In this document: piece after piece, positions 40,250 to 50,352 of the stretch | How the letters are laid out: each line of letters begins with the position of its first letter | Numbering within the stretch: position 1 is the first letter of the stretch | Source of the DNA: an uncultured cyanobacterium | GTDB taxonomy: Bacteria > Cyanobacteriota > Cyanobacteriia > Leptolyngbyales > Leptolyngbyaceae | DNA: 52,405 nt | NCBI GenBank assembly: GCA_963766075.1 | Contig: CAVYAN010000047.1 | Coordinates: 1 to 52,405 of the forward strand | Reading direction: 5' to 3' | Program-made: the position numbers and the translations under genes | Notes under the pieces: model-generated | Seen by the model: only the letters and a program-made list of their open reading frames with translations | Told to the model about the DNA's origin: nothing | Databases searched by the model: none

Positions 40250-40853
40250 TGAACTCCTCGTCCTTAATGTTGCGATCTTGGTGGATTTTTTTGAGGGCGC
40301 TCAGTTGGCTGATCAACGTTGCTGTATTGGGCGAGGTCGGCGGCGGGGTCACGGGCGGCGGGGTCACGGGTGGCGTTGGCGGTTTGCCCAGAATGCGTTT
40401 GGCATCATCGTCAAGCAGCCTGCGGACTGGCGCAGTGGCAATTCCCGTGGCGGGCAGGCGCTTGTTGCGTTGATAGATTTTGGCGGCTTCGAGGGTTTGG
40501 GGCCCATAGTAACCGGACACGGGCAGTTGGGTTGGGCTACCAATGCTTTTGAGGAAAATATTCAGATTATTCTGAAAATTCCGCACGGCGCGTTCCAGAC
40601 GATCCTGCAAGTCGGGACCATTTTGGCCATTGGCAACCACTTGGTTTTCGACCTGGAATTGATAGATGGCGGCTTGGGTATAGGCATCCGGTGTAGAGAA
40701 ATCCTGAATGCACACGGCGTTGGGGTCAATGTTGCCCAGAATGCTATTGTCGCAGGCGTTGTTGCGATCGCCCACCCCATACAGCCCCCGTGGCCCCATG
40801 GAATAGCCCAATCCGTCAAGATTATCTCGCAATTGTGCCAGTGTTAGCGCCAT
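40221..40853 (-). CDS. Peptidoglycan-binding domain protein
   Basis: TQAAIYQFQ, VSGYYGPQTLEAAKIYQ...LPATGIA; Pro/Thr linker. Confidence 0.75.
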   Translation of the reverse strand: MALTLAQLRDNLDGLGYSMGPRGLYGVGDRNNACDNSILGNIDPNAVCIQDFSTPDAYTQAAIYQFQVENQVVANGQNGPDLQDRLERAVRNFQNNLNIFLKSIGSPTQLPVSGYYGPQTLEAAKIYQRNKRLPATGIATAPVRRLLDDDAKRILGKPPTPPVTPPPVTPPPTSPNTATLISQLSALKKIHQDRNIKDEEFITAIYRLIP

Positions 40854-40994
40854 AAATAGAAATCCCCAAAAGTAACCCAAGAAATTCTAAAAAGTAACCC
40901 AAAGACAACGACGCACCGTTGCCGGTATGCCCAGACATTATGCCAAAAGTTTCCTCCACGAACAGGATTTTCATCTATTCGGCCTCATCCCCGC

Positions 40995-41591
40995 CTACTC
41001 TAACTCCCGTCGCCCTTCTAGCGCCCGAGCCAGCGTTACCTCATCGGCATATTCCAAGTCGCCCCCCATGGGCAGGCCAAAGGCAATCCGTGTCACCTTG
41101 GTAAAGGGCCGCAACAACTGCCCCACGTAAAGGGTTGTGGTCTCTCCTTCAACACTGGGACTGATGGCGATAATCACCTCCTCAATTTTCTGCTGACTGA
41201 CCCGCCGAATCAGCGGTTGGATATGCAGTTGCTCAGGACCAATCCCATCCATTGGAGAAATCATACCGCCGAGGACGTGGTACTTGCCGCGATATTCTCG
41301 GGTTTTTTCCAGAGCAATCACATCCCGCGAATCCGCGACCACACAAATCACGCTGTTATCACGATTGGGGGCACGACAAAGGTCACACACAGGTTCCGCC
41401 GATAGGTGAAAGCACACCGAACAAAAACCGACCTGGGATTTAGCCTCCACCAAGGCTATTGCCAGAGCCTTGATTTCCTCCTCAGGACGCTTAATTAGAT
41501 GGAGCGCCAGCCGTTGGGCTGTTTTGGGACCAATACCGGGGAGATGCTGCAATTGCTCGATCAATCGAGCCAGGGGACGCGTGTAAACCGT
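40995..41591 (-). CDS. recR: Recombination mediator RecR (probable non-canonical ACG start)
   Basis: [16 protein letters not shown]4 zinc finger, [28 protein letters not shown]. The frame extends upstream as (T)VYTRPLARL. Confidence 0.93.
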   Translation of the reverse strand, partial: TVYTRPLARLIEQLQHLPGIGPKTAQRLALHLIKRPEEEIKALAIALVEAKSQVGFCSVCFHLSAEPVCDLCRAPNRDNSVICVVADSRDVIALEKTREYRGKYHVLGGMISPMDGIGPEQLHIQPLIRRVSQQKIEEVIIAISPSVEGETTTLYVGQLLRPFTKVTRIAFGLPMGGDLEYADEVTLARALEGRRELE

Positions 41592-41756
41592 GGATTTGAC
41601 CTCCTTTTACTGCCCTTCGGGGGAATTTTTACAACAGAATCTTTACACCATCTGCGGGGAAATTCTTAATCCCCCTTTAGCAAAATTCTAAGTCCGCCTG
41701 ACTCAGCGTGGTGGGGACCAACGGGAGGGTTGGTCCCCACCACGCTGGCCCCAGCT

Positions 41757-42701
41757 CTATTTGCCATTTTTAAAGGTCTGCGGTCCGGGATAGCGAGACG
41801 CCTCTGCCAGCTTGGTCAGGGGTTCGGTCCCTTCCAACTTTTTGCCATTAATTTCCCAGGTTGGGAAACTCTTGACCCCGGCGGCAGAACACGTCGCGGG
41901 CTGAGCATTTTTCCCACCTTCAGCGCACTCAATATAAGGCATTTTCGCAACGGCTTCCTTGCCAAACAGCAACTTTTGGTCATGGCAATGGGAACACCAG
42001 TATGCGCCATACATTTTGGCTCCGATCTTGGAGAGATGCTCTGCCAATTGAATCTCAGCCTCACCAGAGGTTGACTCTATCGGATAGGAAATGCCTTCGG
42101 AAATATTCTTTTGGGCACCGTCAATCGGGGAGTAAATGCCAATAGTGCCGATCAGTGTCACCATGCCCACGATCGCCCCCACCATAAATAACTGGCCCAC
42201 ATCCTCCCAAGCCCGCCCCAGCAGCGTGACTGTAAACAGGCCCAAAGCAAACAGCGCTGACCCGATGCAGTAGTAGCACACCCCATCCAGGCCAAACGGC
42301 ACCACAAACTTGGACACCATGATATTCATCAGGTAACCGCTGAAGATCAACATCGCAGTTGATCCTGCAAACAGAAACAGCCAGGTACTGTTTTCTAATT
42401 GACTGCGGAAGGGCTTATTCTGTTCGGGGTTAATCAGCAAAGGCGAAAGGGCAAAGGTAGCCATAGCCAAGTAGGCCAACAGCCCAAACAGCGCTAGCGG
42501 CGTCCCAAAAATCACTGCATAGGGACTCGAGAGCACTCGTTCACAGCCGCCTGTACAGACAGCGTTTGTGTTCGTTAATTTGGCGTAGGTCAAGTAAGCG
42601 GTGTTGATCGCCCCCAGGAGGGCGATCGCCCCAATAATCTGGCGCGAATGCTGGTGCAACCAGGGAACCTGGCGACGGCGATTGGCAACACTTTTAGACA
42701 T
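41757..42701 (-). CDS. VKOR-thioredoxin-like fusion protein
   Basis: CTGGCERVLSSPYA, CYYC, MYGAYWCSHC, FPTWEING. Confidence 0.9.
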   Translation of the reverse strand: MSKSVANRRRQVPWLHQHSRQIIGAIALLGAINTAYLTYAKLTNTNAVCTGGCERVLSSPYAVIFGTPLALFGLLAYLAMATFALSPLLINPEQNKPFRSQLENSTWLFLFAGSTAMLIFSGYLMNIMVSKFVVPFGLDGVCYYCIGSALFALGLFTVTLLGRAWEDVGQLFMVGAIVGMVTLIGTIGIYSPIDGAQKNISEGISYPIESTSGEAEIQLAEHLSKIGAKMYGAYWCSHCHDQKLLFGKEAVAKMPYIECAEGGKNAQPATCSAAGVKSFPTWEINGKKLEGTEPLTKLAEASRYPGPQTFKNGK

Positions 42702-42829
42702 ACTTCATCCTCAACATCTGGCACGACTCCTGAAATCCTGTCTTGATTGTAGATTTTAGAGAAGAAATTCAGGGCAATTTAACAAAGTTATTGGGTTAGG
42801 CTTTTGGAGTAAGCCCGTGAGTGACTGCC

Positions 42830-43174
42830 ATGAATGAGCCGCCCCCCCTCTCTAATTCCCCGGACCTGTCCCCATCACCGAATGACACGATGCCTAGCCC
42901 TTGGCGATGTTGGGGTGGCTCAGTTGTGGCGGGTGGCATTGCCGTGGTGCTGTATCGCCTCACCCAAGCCATTGCCCTCTCCTTTGCCAGCAAAGTCATT
43001 CATTCCGATAATGTGACGACCCAGCGGATTTCCGCCGCAGTGCGCACGCTGGTTGTGGGATTAAGTGCTTTGGGCACGGGGATTTTTGCCCTTGCCGCCC
43101 TGGGCCTCTTCGGGCTAGGCATCCAGCTCTGGCTGCGCCGTGGGCATGAATCGCCCCCCGCCGCTGGGTCTTGA
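42830..43174 (+). CDS. DUF3082-like small membrane protein
   Basis: SPWRCWGGS...ISAAVRTLVVGL..L.TGIF. Confidence 0.7.
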   Translation: MNEPPPLSNSPDLSPSPNDTMPSPWRCWGGSVVAGGIAVVLYRLTQAIALSFASKVIHSDNVTTQRISAAVRTLVVGLSALGTGIFALAALGLFGLGIQLWLRRGHESPPAAGS

Positions 43175-43208
43175 CCGCTACCCGCCACGGCGTGTGTCCC
43201 AAGGGCCC

Positions 43209-43283
43209 CCGCACTGGAACTGGCTCCGCACTGGAACTGGCTCCGCACTGGAACTGGCTCCGCACTGGAACTGGCTCCGCACT
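43209..43283. repeat. Perfect 17-bp tandem repeat, about 4.4 copies
   Basis: CCGCACTGGAACTGGCT x4 plus CCGCACT; no spacers. Confidence 0.95.
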
Positions 43284-43498
43284 ATAGACTTCCCGTAAAG
43301 CTACGGAGTGCTAAAGCCCGCTTCACTAAGATTTTCATGAAGTGTCGGTCAGATCACCCAAGACCGTAATTTCCTCACGATATAACAAAAGACGTTCCGG
43401 GTACCCTAGACCCAGAATCCGCTCCGTTCGCTGGATCGGCTTTTTGCACCAGATCGGCATTTCGTCGCCGATCGCCATCGCATCCGGACCTCAAAATA

Positions 43499-44044
43499 AT
43501 GAACGTTTTTCCGACTGAAATCCCCGATGTCTTGATTTTGGAGCCGCGAGTTTTTCGTGACAATTGCGGTTTCTTTTTTGAAAGCTTCAACGAGCAGGTC
43601 TTTAACGACAAAACCGGCAGCAATGTCCGGTTTGTGCAGGATAACCATTCCCGCTCTGCCCAAAACGTACTTCGTGGCCTGCATTACCAAATTCAGCAAC
43701 CCCAAGGCAAACTGGTCCGAGCGATCGCAGGCGAGATTTATGATGTTGCCGTAGATATTCGCCAAAGCTCTCCCACCCTGGGAGCCTGGGTCGGCTGTGT
43801 TCTATCCAGTGAAAATAGACGATCGCTGTGGGTGCCCGCTGGCTTTGCCCACGGCTTCCTCGTGCTATCGGACTGGGCCGAAGTCCTCTATAAGACCACC
43901 GACTTCTATGCCCCCGCCCATGAGCGTGCCATCCTCTGGAACGATCCCGACCTCGGCATCACCTGGCCCCTCGATCGTGATCCCATCCTCTCAGCCAAGG
44001 ATCAAGTTGCCAAACCCTTTCCAGCGGCTGAACTGTTTACTTAG
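43499..44044 (+). CDS. rfbC: dTDP-4-dehydrorhamnose 3,5-epimerase
   Basis: FVQDNHSRS, LRGLHYQ, QGKLVR, GFAHGF, LSAKD. Confidence 0.95.
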   Translation: MNVFPTEIPDVLILEPRVFRDNCGFFFESFNEQVFNDKTGSNVRFVQDNHSRSAQNVLRGLHYQIQQPQGKLVRAIAGEIYDVAVDIRQSSPTLGAWVGCVLSSENRRSLWVPAGFAHGFLVLSDWAEVLYKTTDFYAPAHERAILWNDPDLGITWPLDRDPILSAKDQVAKPFPAAELFT

Positions 44045-44077
44045 CGACCCTCTAACCCCTAACCCCACCCCCTAACC

Positions 44078-45151
44078 ATGAAAGCACTGATTCTCAGCGG
44101 CGGCAAAGGCACTCGATTACGCCCGCTTACCTACACGGGGGCCAAACAATTGGTTCCGGTCGCCAATAAGCCCATTCTTTGGTATGGATTAGAATCAATT
44201 GTTGCCGCTGGCGTGACCGATATTGGCATTATTATCAGTCCGGAGACCGGTGAAGAAGTTCAATCCAAAACGGGAAATGGCGATCGCTTTGGGGCCAATA
44301 TCACGTATATCCAGCAAGACAAACCCGCCGGACTGGCCCATGCGGTCAAAATTGCCCGCCCTTTCCTAGGAGACGCCCCCTTCATTATGTATTTGGGGGA
44401 TAACCTGATTCAAAATCCCCTGGGCGGATTACTCTCCGACTTCAAAGATCAACACATGGATGCCCTGATCATGCTGCGATCGGTAAGCAATCCCTCTGCC
44501 TTCGGGGTCGCCGAAGTCAATGCTGCTGGACAAGTCCTCCGCCTGGTCGAAAAGCCTAAACATCCCCCGTCCAACTTGGCCCTCGTCGGCATCTACTTTT
44601 TTGCCAATACCATTCATGCCGCCATTGATGCCATCCAGCCTTCGCCCCGGGGCGAACTCGAAATTACCGATGCCATCCAGGAACTCATCACCCAGAAAAA
44701 ACGGGTTGAAGCCCGTCAAATTGCGGGTTGGTGGCTAGATACCGGGAAGAAAGATGACCTTTTAGAAGCCAATCAAATCATTTTGGATACCTGCCTCCAA
44801 ACCGAAATCAACGGCGACGTGGATGACCGCAGCCAACTGTTTGGGCGGGTTCAGGTCGGGGCAGGGTCTAAACTGAACAACTGCATTGTGCGCGGTCCCG
44901 TGACCATCGGCAAGGATTGCCATTTAGAAAACTGCTTCATTGGCCCCTATAGCAGCATTGCCGATGCCGTAACTCTGATCGACATCGAACTTGAGCACAG
45001 CGTGATTTTGCAGGGAGCCAAGGTTACCGGGATTCAGCAGCGCATTGTGGATAGTGTCATTGGCCAACGCGCCCATCTCAAAGCCGCCCCGCCCCGGCCT
45101 AAAGCCCTGAAGTTCATGATCGGCGATGATAGCCAAATTGAGCTCACCTGA
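44078..45151 (+). CDS. rfbA: Glucose-1-phosphate thymidylyltransferase (long form)
   Basis: LSGGKGTRLRPLT...KQLVPVANKP, RGELEITDAIQ, WWLDTG. Confidence 0.92.
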   Translation: MKALILSGGKGTRLRPLTYTGAKQLVPVANKPILWYGLESIVAAGVTDIGIIISPETGEEVQSKTGNGDRFGANITYIQQDKPAGLAHAVKIARPFLGDAPFIMYLGDNLIQNPLGGLLSDFKDQHMDALIMLRSVSNPSAFGVAEVNAAGQVLRLVEKPKHPPSNLALVGIYFFANTIHAAIDAIQPSPRGELEITDAIQELITQKKRVEARQIAGWWLDTGKKDDLLEANQIILDTCLQTEINGDVDDRSQLFGRVQVGAGSKLNNCIVRGPVTIGKDCHLENCFIGPYSSIADAVTLIDIELEHSVILQGAKVTGIQQRIVDSVIGQRAHLKAAPPRPKALKFMIGDDSQIELT

Positions 45152-45189
45152 CGGGTCACGACCTGTTCCGTAGTCAAAAGACTGCCACC

Positions 45190-45238
45190 AAATCTCCTGG
45201 TTCAATCTCTTCGTTCAGATTGAATCAGGAGATTTTTG
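45190..45238 (+). terminator. Terminator-like hairpin after rfbA
   Basis: AAATCTCCTGGTTCAATCT...AGATTGAATCAGGAGATTTTT. Confidence 0.7.
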
Positions 45239-45595
45239 TCAAATCAGAACTTACTTGCACCTCAGGCGAAATTCAGAGTACTGTGACCACCAGCAGGGGA
45301 TTTACCCCAAAGTTAAGGGTCAATTCCTAGAAGTCCGTGTTACTTCCGAACAAACCTGGGAATACTGGCAATGATTAAAGTCAAATAATACACGGCATAC
45401 ACGCAAATCTCTCAGTATGCGCGATCGCCCTGTGACTTGCAGCTGAATTGGTTTTCCAGCGCAGTTTTCCACAGTGTTATTTGAGCTATTTGACCGTCAA
45501 TCGTACTGGGTTAATCGCATAGTCAATCGCCTGTGGCGCTGAGCGGAAAGCTGGGTTGTACTCCTGAATTGTTAATGACCCTGAGGTATATCGCT

Positions 45596-47003
45596 GTGCA
45601 AAATCGTCCCAAAGTTTTGTTGCTCATCGAGCAGTGTAACCCCGACTGGGCTTCCGTCCCCCTGGAAGGATATCACTATTTTCATGAGATTAGTCAGTTG
45701 GCGGATGTTACCTTGGTGACCCATGCACGCAACCGCGCCGCGCTGGAGCAGCGGCAGGAAACAGCGGAAATTCATTACATTACGGAAAATGCCTTCCAGG
45801 CCAAGTACCACCAGATGATTGAACATCTGGTCAATAACGTTCGGGGCAAGGTCATCTGGCAGCTCTACCATGTCCTCTCCTACCCGACCTATGCCGCCTT
45901 TAATCGCAAGGTCCGTCGTCAGTTTGGGCCTCGGATTCGGGCGGGCGAATTTGAGCTGGTCCATGCGCTGACGCCGATGATGCCGCGCTACCCCGTTGCA
46001 GCCATCCAAGACTGTCAGGCTAAACACGTACCCTTTGTTTTGGGGCCAGTCAATGGAGGCGTGCCGTTTCCCCCCGGCTTTCAGGACAAGGCCAAGAAAG
46101 AGTACGTCAGACTCAACTTTTTGCGGGCGTTGGGGCGGTGGCTGCTGCCCGGTTATGCGGCTACCTATAAAAAGGCAGATCGGGTGCTTGCCGGTTCAAC
46201 CTACACCCACGACATGGTGCAGCAGATGTTTAACCTGTCGAGCGATCGCCTGCAGTTATTCTATGAAAATGGCATTTCCAACAGTTTTACGGCTCCGGAG
46301 CGACTCCTCCAGACTGAGCCTAGGCAGATTGAGGATACCCAGCCTGAGCCGGCTCAACTTGAGCCTGTCCAATCTGAGCTGACTCCATCGGGGGAGCGGG
46401 TCAACCTGCTGTTTGTGGGACGACTGACCCCCTACAAATGTGCGGATATTTTGATCGATGCTGTGGCCCAAATGCAGCCCGCCCTTCGCGAATCGCATCC
46501 ACTTGGAAATTGTCGGAGAGGGGACTGAACGCGCCCGTCTGGAGCAACAGGTGGTGGACTTAGGGCTAGAGCAGTGGGTCCATTTTGCGGGCTGGGTCAA
46601 TCAAGTCGAAACCCTGGAGTACTATCGCCAAGCGGACGTGTTTTGCTTCCCTTCGATCCGAGAATTTGGCGGGGCCGTGGTTCTTGAAGCCATGGCCTGC
46701 GGCTTGCCCTGCATTGTGGCCAATAATGGTGGGATTGGCGAATATGTTACGGATGAAACCGGCTACCGGATCGAGCCGCTCTCGCGGGCCTATTTAACCG
46801 AGCACTTGACGGAGGCGATTCAGACCCTTATAACCAACACCGCGCTGCGCCAGTCCATGGCTCATCAGGCGATCGAGCGGGCCCAGGAGTTTCGTTGGGC
46901 CACTAAAGCCCAACAAATGGTAGCCATCTATCGGTCGGTCATCCAGGAAAAAGCGGTGGCTTCGCAGATCAGTTCTGCGCCCAAGGCCGCCTTTGCCAAC
47001 TAG
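45596..47003 (+). CDS. Glycosyltransferase family 4, split by a one-base insertion at about 46491
   Basis: N-terminal ORF to LLFVGRLTPYK; C-terminal ORF IVGEG...FCFPSIREFGGAVVLEAMACG. Start uncertain. Confidence 0.82.
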
Positions 47004-49009
47004 GAGCCCGATTCCCCGACCCAACTGGGATTTTGGACCAAATCCACAAAGCTGACCTGCCGCTGCCGATCCAATTCGGCAATGCGGCGTTTTTCGGTTT
47101 GAATTTTTTGCCAGTAAAACTGGCTGAGTTCCGTAGCGGTGCTGCAGTCTGTTTGTTCCCACAAACTTTGAAAATGGCGGCAGCGCTTCTCACACATCAC
47201 CCGCTCCATAGCAGCAGTGGCCGTGCGGATAATCAGCTTGGCCCGACGCTGAATATCCAGCAGGGTTTTTTCGTCCGGTTGGAATAGGGCGTAGACCTGC
47301 ATCATTTCCCGAGGAAATTCGGTGCAGCGGTCCTGGAGGCGATCAATGAGGTCGCTGGGACGGGGAGCCGCTAAGGAGAGTAGCGGACTGGCGCGGTCAG
47401 CGGCCTGATCCTTGGGAATATCACTGCTGTCAGCCTGCGCTTCGAGAGACTGGGGATCGAGATCTAAAATCTGCCGCCAGAGGAAACGATGGTGAGAGAG
47501 GCTAAACTCCAAGTCGCGATCTTCCAGGGCGGTGGCAATGCCGGTGCGATGCTCTGGCGCGTGCAGGTAGATCCGCAAAAGTTGGGCCTCAGATTCGGCC
47601 AGCAGGCTGCGATCGCCGCTGGTTTGCCATTTTTGTGAGCGCCCGTGCCAGCGTTCGCCCCGTACTTGCAGGCGGAGGTCGTCTTCAAGCTGGAGGGTGA
47701 GGCGGGCATTGCCGAGGCTGAGTAACTCGGCGGCGGTGTGAATATAGTGGGTCCGCAGGGTGGCATTGGGCAGGTTGCCCAGGAGCTTGACGATCGCCTG
47801 GACGGCGGCCTGAAATTGGTCCGCTTGGGCGAGATCACGGGGGGCGATCGCCTGCTGCAACTGCCAGTCTAGCCAGAGCGGGGCATGGTCTAGCAGGGCT
47901 TGATACTCCATAGCAGTATGACTTTTGAGAAACTCGTCCGGATCCTTACCAGCAGGAATATTCAGCACCCGCAATTGCACCTCGCCCTGGTAGGCTAGGG
48001 CCGCCGCCTCGCCAATTGCCCGCTCGGCAGCTTGGTTCCCGGCACGATCCGCATCAAAGTTGAGGATGATCCGCTTGGATTCGCTATAGCGCAAGAGCTG
48101 CCGTACCTGGGCCAAACTGAGGGCGGTGCCCATGGAAGCCACCACATTCGTGATGCCAGCGGCGTGCAGAGCAATGACATCAAAGTAGCCTTCAACCACC
48201 ACGGCCTGATCCTGCTTGGCGATCGCCGCGCGGGCCTTATCCAAACCAAACAGCAGCTTGCCCTTATCGAACAAGTCTGTTTCCGGTGAGTTGAGATACT
48301 TGGGCTGTTCTTCGGTCAGGGTGCGCCCGCCAAAGCCCACGACCCGCCCTTGCAAATCATGGATGGGGATCATCAGGCGATCGCGGAAGCAATCGTAGTA
48401 GCCATCCTTGCCTTGACGCGGCATAATCAGGCCCGCCTGCTCCACCAATTCTGCTGGGAAATGCTTTTGCTGCACCAAATAGTTCGCCAGGGTTTCCCAG
48501 CCCCCGGGGGCATACCCCAGTTGAAACTGCTGAATTGTTTCCAGACTGAGCTGCCGCTCATCCACCAAATATTGTAGGGCCGCCCACCCGTCCGGTTGCT
48601 CGAGGGCATGTTGGTAAAACCGGGCCGCCACTGCCACAATTTCGTAGAGTTTTTCCCGCACGGACAACTGTCGCTGAAATTCTTGGCGCTGGGATACTTC
48701 CAGGGTTTGCACGGGCACCTGGTAGCGCTTCGCCAAGTCCAGGACCACTTCGCTAAAGGAGCGCTTGCCAATCTCCATTAAAAACTTGATCGCATTGCCC
48801 CCCGCGCCACAGCTAAAGCAGTAGTAAAACTGTTTACTCGGGCTGACGCTAAAACTCGGGTTACGCTTGTCGTCATGAAACGGACATAGCCCCGTAAAAT
48901 CCTTGCCCTGCTTGCGGAGAACGACATGGTCCGATACGACGTCTACAATATCGGCCCGTTGCTTAACTTGGTCGATGGTATCGGGGTGAAGCCGTGGAAT
49001 GGAAGGCAT
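47000..49009 (-). CDS. dnaG: DNA primase
   Basis: GLCPFHDD..PSF, CFSCGAGG, GFGGR, PKYLNSPET, VVEGYFDV, FDADRAG, KDPDE. Confidence 0.97.
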   Translation of the reverse strand: MPSIPRLHPDTIDQVKQRADIVDVVSDHVVLRKQGKDFTGLCPFHDDKRNPSFSVSPSKQFYYCFSCGAGGNAIKFLMEIGKRSFSEVVLDLAKRYQVPVQTLEVSQRQEFQRQLSVREKLYEIVAVAARFYQHALEQPDGWAALQYLVDERQLSLETIQQFQLGYAPGGWETLANYLVQQKHFPAELVEQAGLIMPRQGKDGYYDCFRDRLMIPIHDLQGRVVGFGGRTLTEEQPKYLNSPETDLFDKGKLLFGLDKARAAIAKQDQAVVVEGYFDVIALHAAGITNVVASMGTALSLAQVRQLLRYSESKRIILNFDADRAGNQAAERAIGEAAALAYQGEVQLRVLNIPAGKDPDEFLKSHTAMEYQALLDHAPLWLDWQLQQAIAPRDLAQADQFQAAVQAIVKLLGNLPNATLRTHYIHTAAELLSLGNARLTLQLEDDLRLQVRGERWHGRSQKWQTSGDRSLLAESEAQLLRIYLHAPEHRTGIATALEDRDLEFSLSHHRFLWRQILDLDPQSLEAQADSSDIPKDQAADRASPLLSLAAPRPSDLIDRLQDRCTEFPREMMQVYALFQPDEKTLLDIQRRAKLIIRTATAAMERVMCEKRCRHFQSLWEQTDCSTATELSQFYWQKIQTEKRRIAELDRQRQVSFVDLVQNPSWVGESGS

Positions 49010-49359
49010 GGGGGCACGGTGTGAGACCTATAGATCGCCAATTCTAAATCGAAACGCCGGGATTACGATCAGGTGGCGGGGGCAAGAAATTCTAGAGATT
49101 TCCCAGAACAGCTGGATCGCCGCCCGCGCGATCGCTAGGAGCAATTTTCCAGGCCAGTCCTGGGGGATGTCCTAGGGATGTCCTGGGGATGTCCCCAGCT
49201 CGAATTCAACTTTTCTCCCCCGCTAGCCGTTATAACGTTTGCCCCTCTGGAGGGCCACACTAATGTTGTTTGGGCTGTGGCGATGCTGACTTGAGCCGTC
49301 GTCCGCACACCGCATTTACTGGGGAATTTACCGGAAATAAAACAAAAAGCATTGCGAGA

Positions 49360-50299
49360 ATGGCCAGTGAAGGCAGCCAGGTCGAGTTTGACTACTACGG
49401 CATTCCGCTGCCGCTTGCCGTTCTTCCCCGAGTGCCTACAGTGCGTGGCCTCGCCATAGCTGCTCCGATGGGCAGATCAAGCTGTGGGATCTGCAGGACA
49501 GCTGCCCTCAAAGCCACTCTGGAAGCCCACGCGGGCTGCGTGCGGGCGGCTACTGGTAGCAACAACCACCTCATCAGCGGCTCCCACGACCGTACCGTCA
49601 AAGTCTGGGACACCTCGACAGCTGCCTGCACCGCTGCGCTCACTTGGCACACCCATGTAGTGAGTTCAGTTGCCGCGCTGCCAGGCGCTGGCCGTATTGC
49701 CTCTGGCTCGTGGGACAAAACGGTCCGGCTGTGGGACCTCCAGGCGGGCAGCTGCAGCCACACCATCTCTCACCAGAGTCCGGTTTACGACGTTGCGGCT
49801 GTCAGCGAAAGCGTCATCGCCAGCACCGATTGTGACACTGTTCAGCTGTCGGGACACCCAGACGGCGGCCTGCGTGCGCAGCCTCGCTGGACACACCGAC
49901 TGGGCTTGCTGTGTGGTGTGCCTGGACGAGGACGCCTGCGTGCTAGCCAGCAGCTCCAGTGACAGCACTGTCAGAGTCTGGGACGGTGAAGCGGGCGTCT
50001 GCACTACAACCCTGCAGGGACACCAAGGAAGAGTCTGGGCCCTTGCAGCCAGTGGTGGACTCATCGCCAGCACGTCTCAGGACCACACAGTGCGTGTATG
50101 GGACCCACGGCTGGACTCTGCTCTGGCGGTGCTGCCTCAAGCTGACATGGTGTTCTCACTCGCGTTCGGTGGTACCAGCATCATGTGTGGGTGCACCGGC
50201 GGGGTAATCCGGGTGTGGGACCTGCCCTCGCGATCACTGGCGTCGGCTCCTCTGGAGGCTCACACCAGCTCTGTTTGGGCTGTAGCGATGCTGTATTGA
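49360..50299 (+). pseudogene. WD40 unit 1, with three frame disruptions
   Basis: WD repeats over ORFs 49270-49962 and 49670-50299. Relative to the other copies: 1-nt loss near 49457, shared +1 within 49491-49524, extra C at 49850. Confidence 0.75.
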
Positions 50300-50352
50300 C
50301 TTGAGCCTAGTGTCCAAATTTGCCGGAAATAAAACGGAAAAAGTATTACGGA

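Larger units (their letters stand above)
1..49134. repeat. Dispersed HIP1 octamers (GCGATCGC)
   Basis: Dozens of copies across the bacterial part, the last at about 49127-49134. None seen in about 1750-5900 or after 49240. Confidence 0.9.

Noticed and set aside
43209..43283. 17-bp repeats as a CRISPR array
   Set aside because: Copies are directly adjacent with no unique spacers, and no cas genes are present. This is a simple tandem repeat.
389..48781. Numerous long antisense and alternate-frame ORFs in the track (e.g. 389-1027, 15599-16105, 40110-40847)
   Set aside because: They overlap well-supported genes and show no family motifs, as expected by chance in GC-rich coding DNA.
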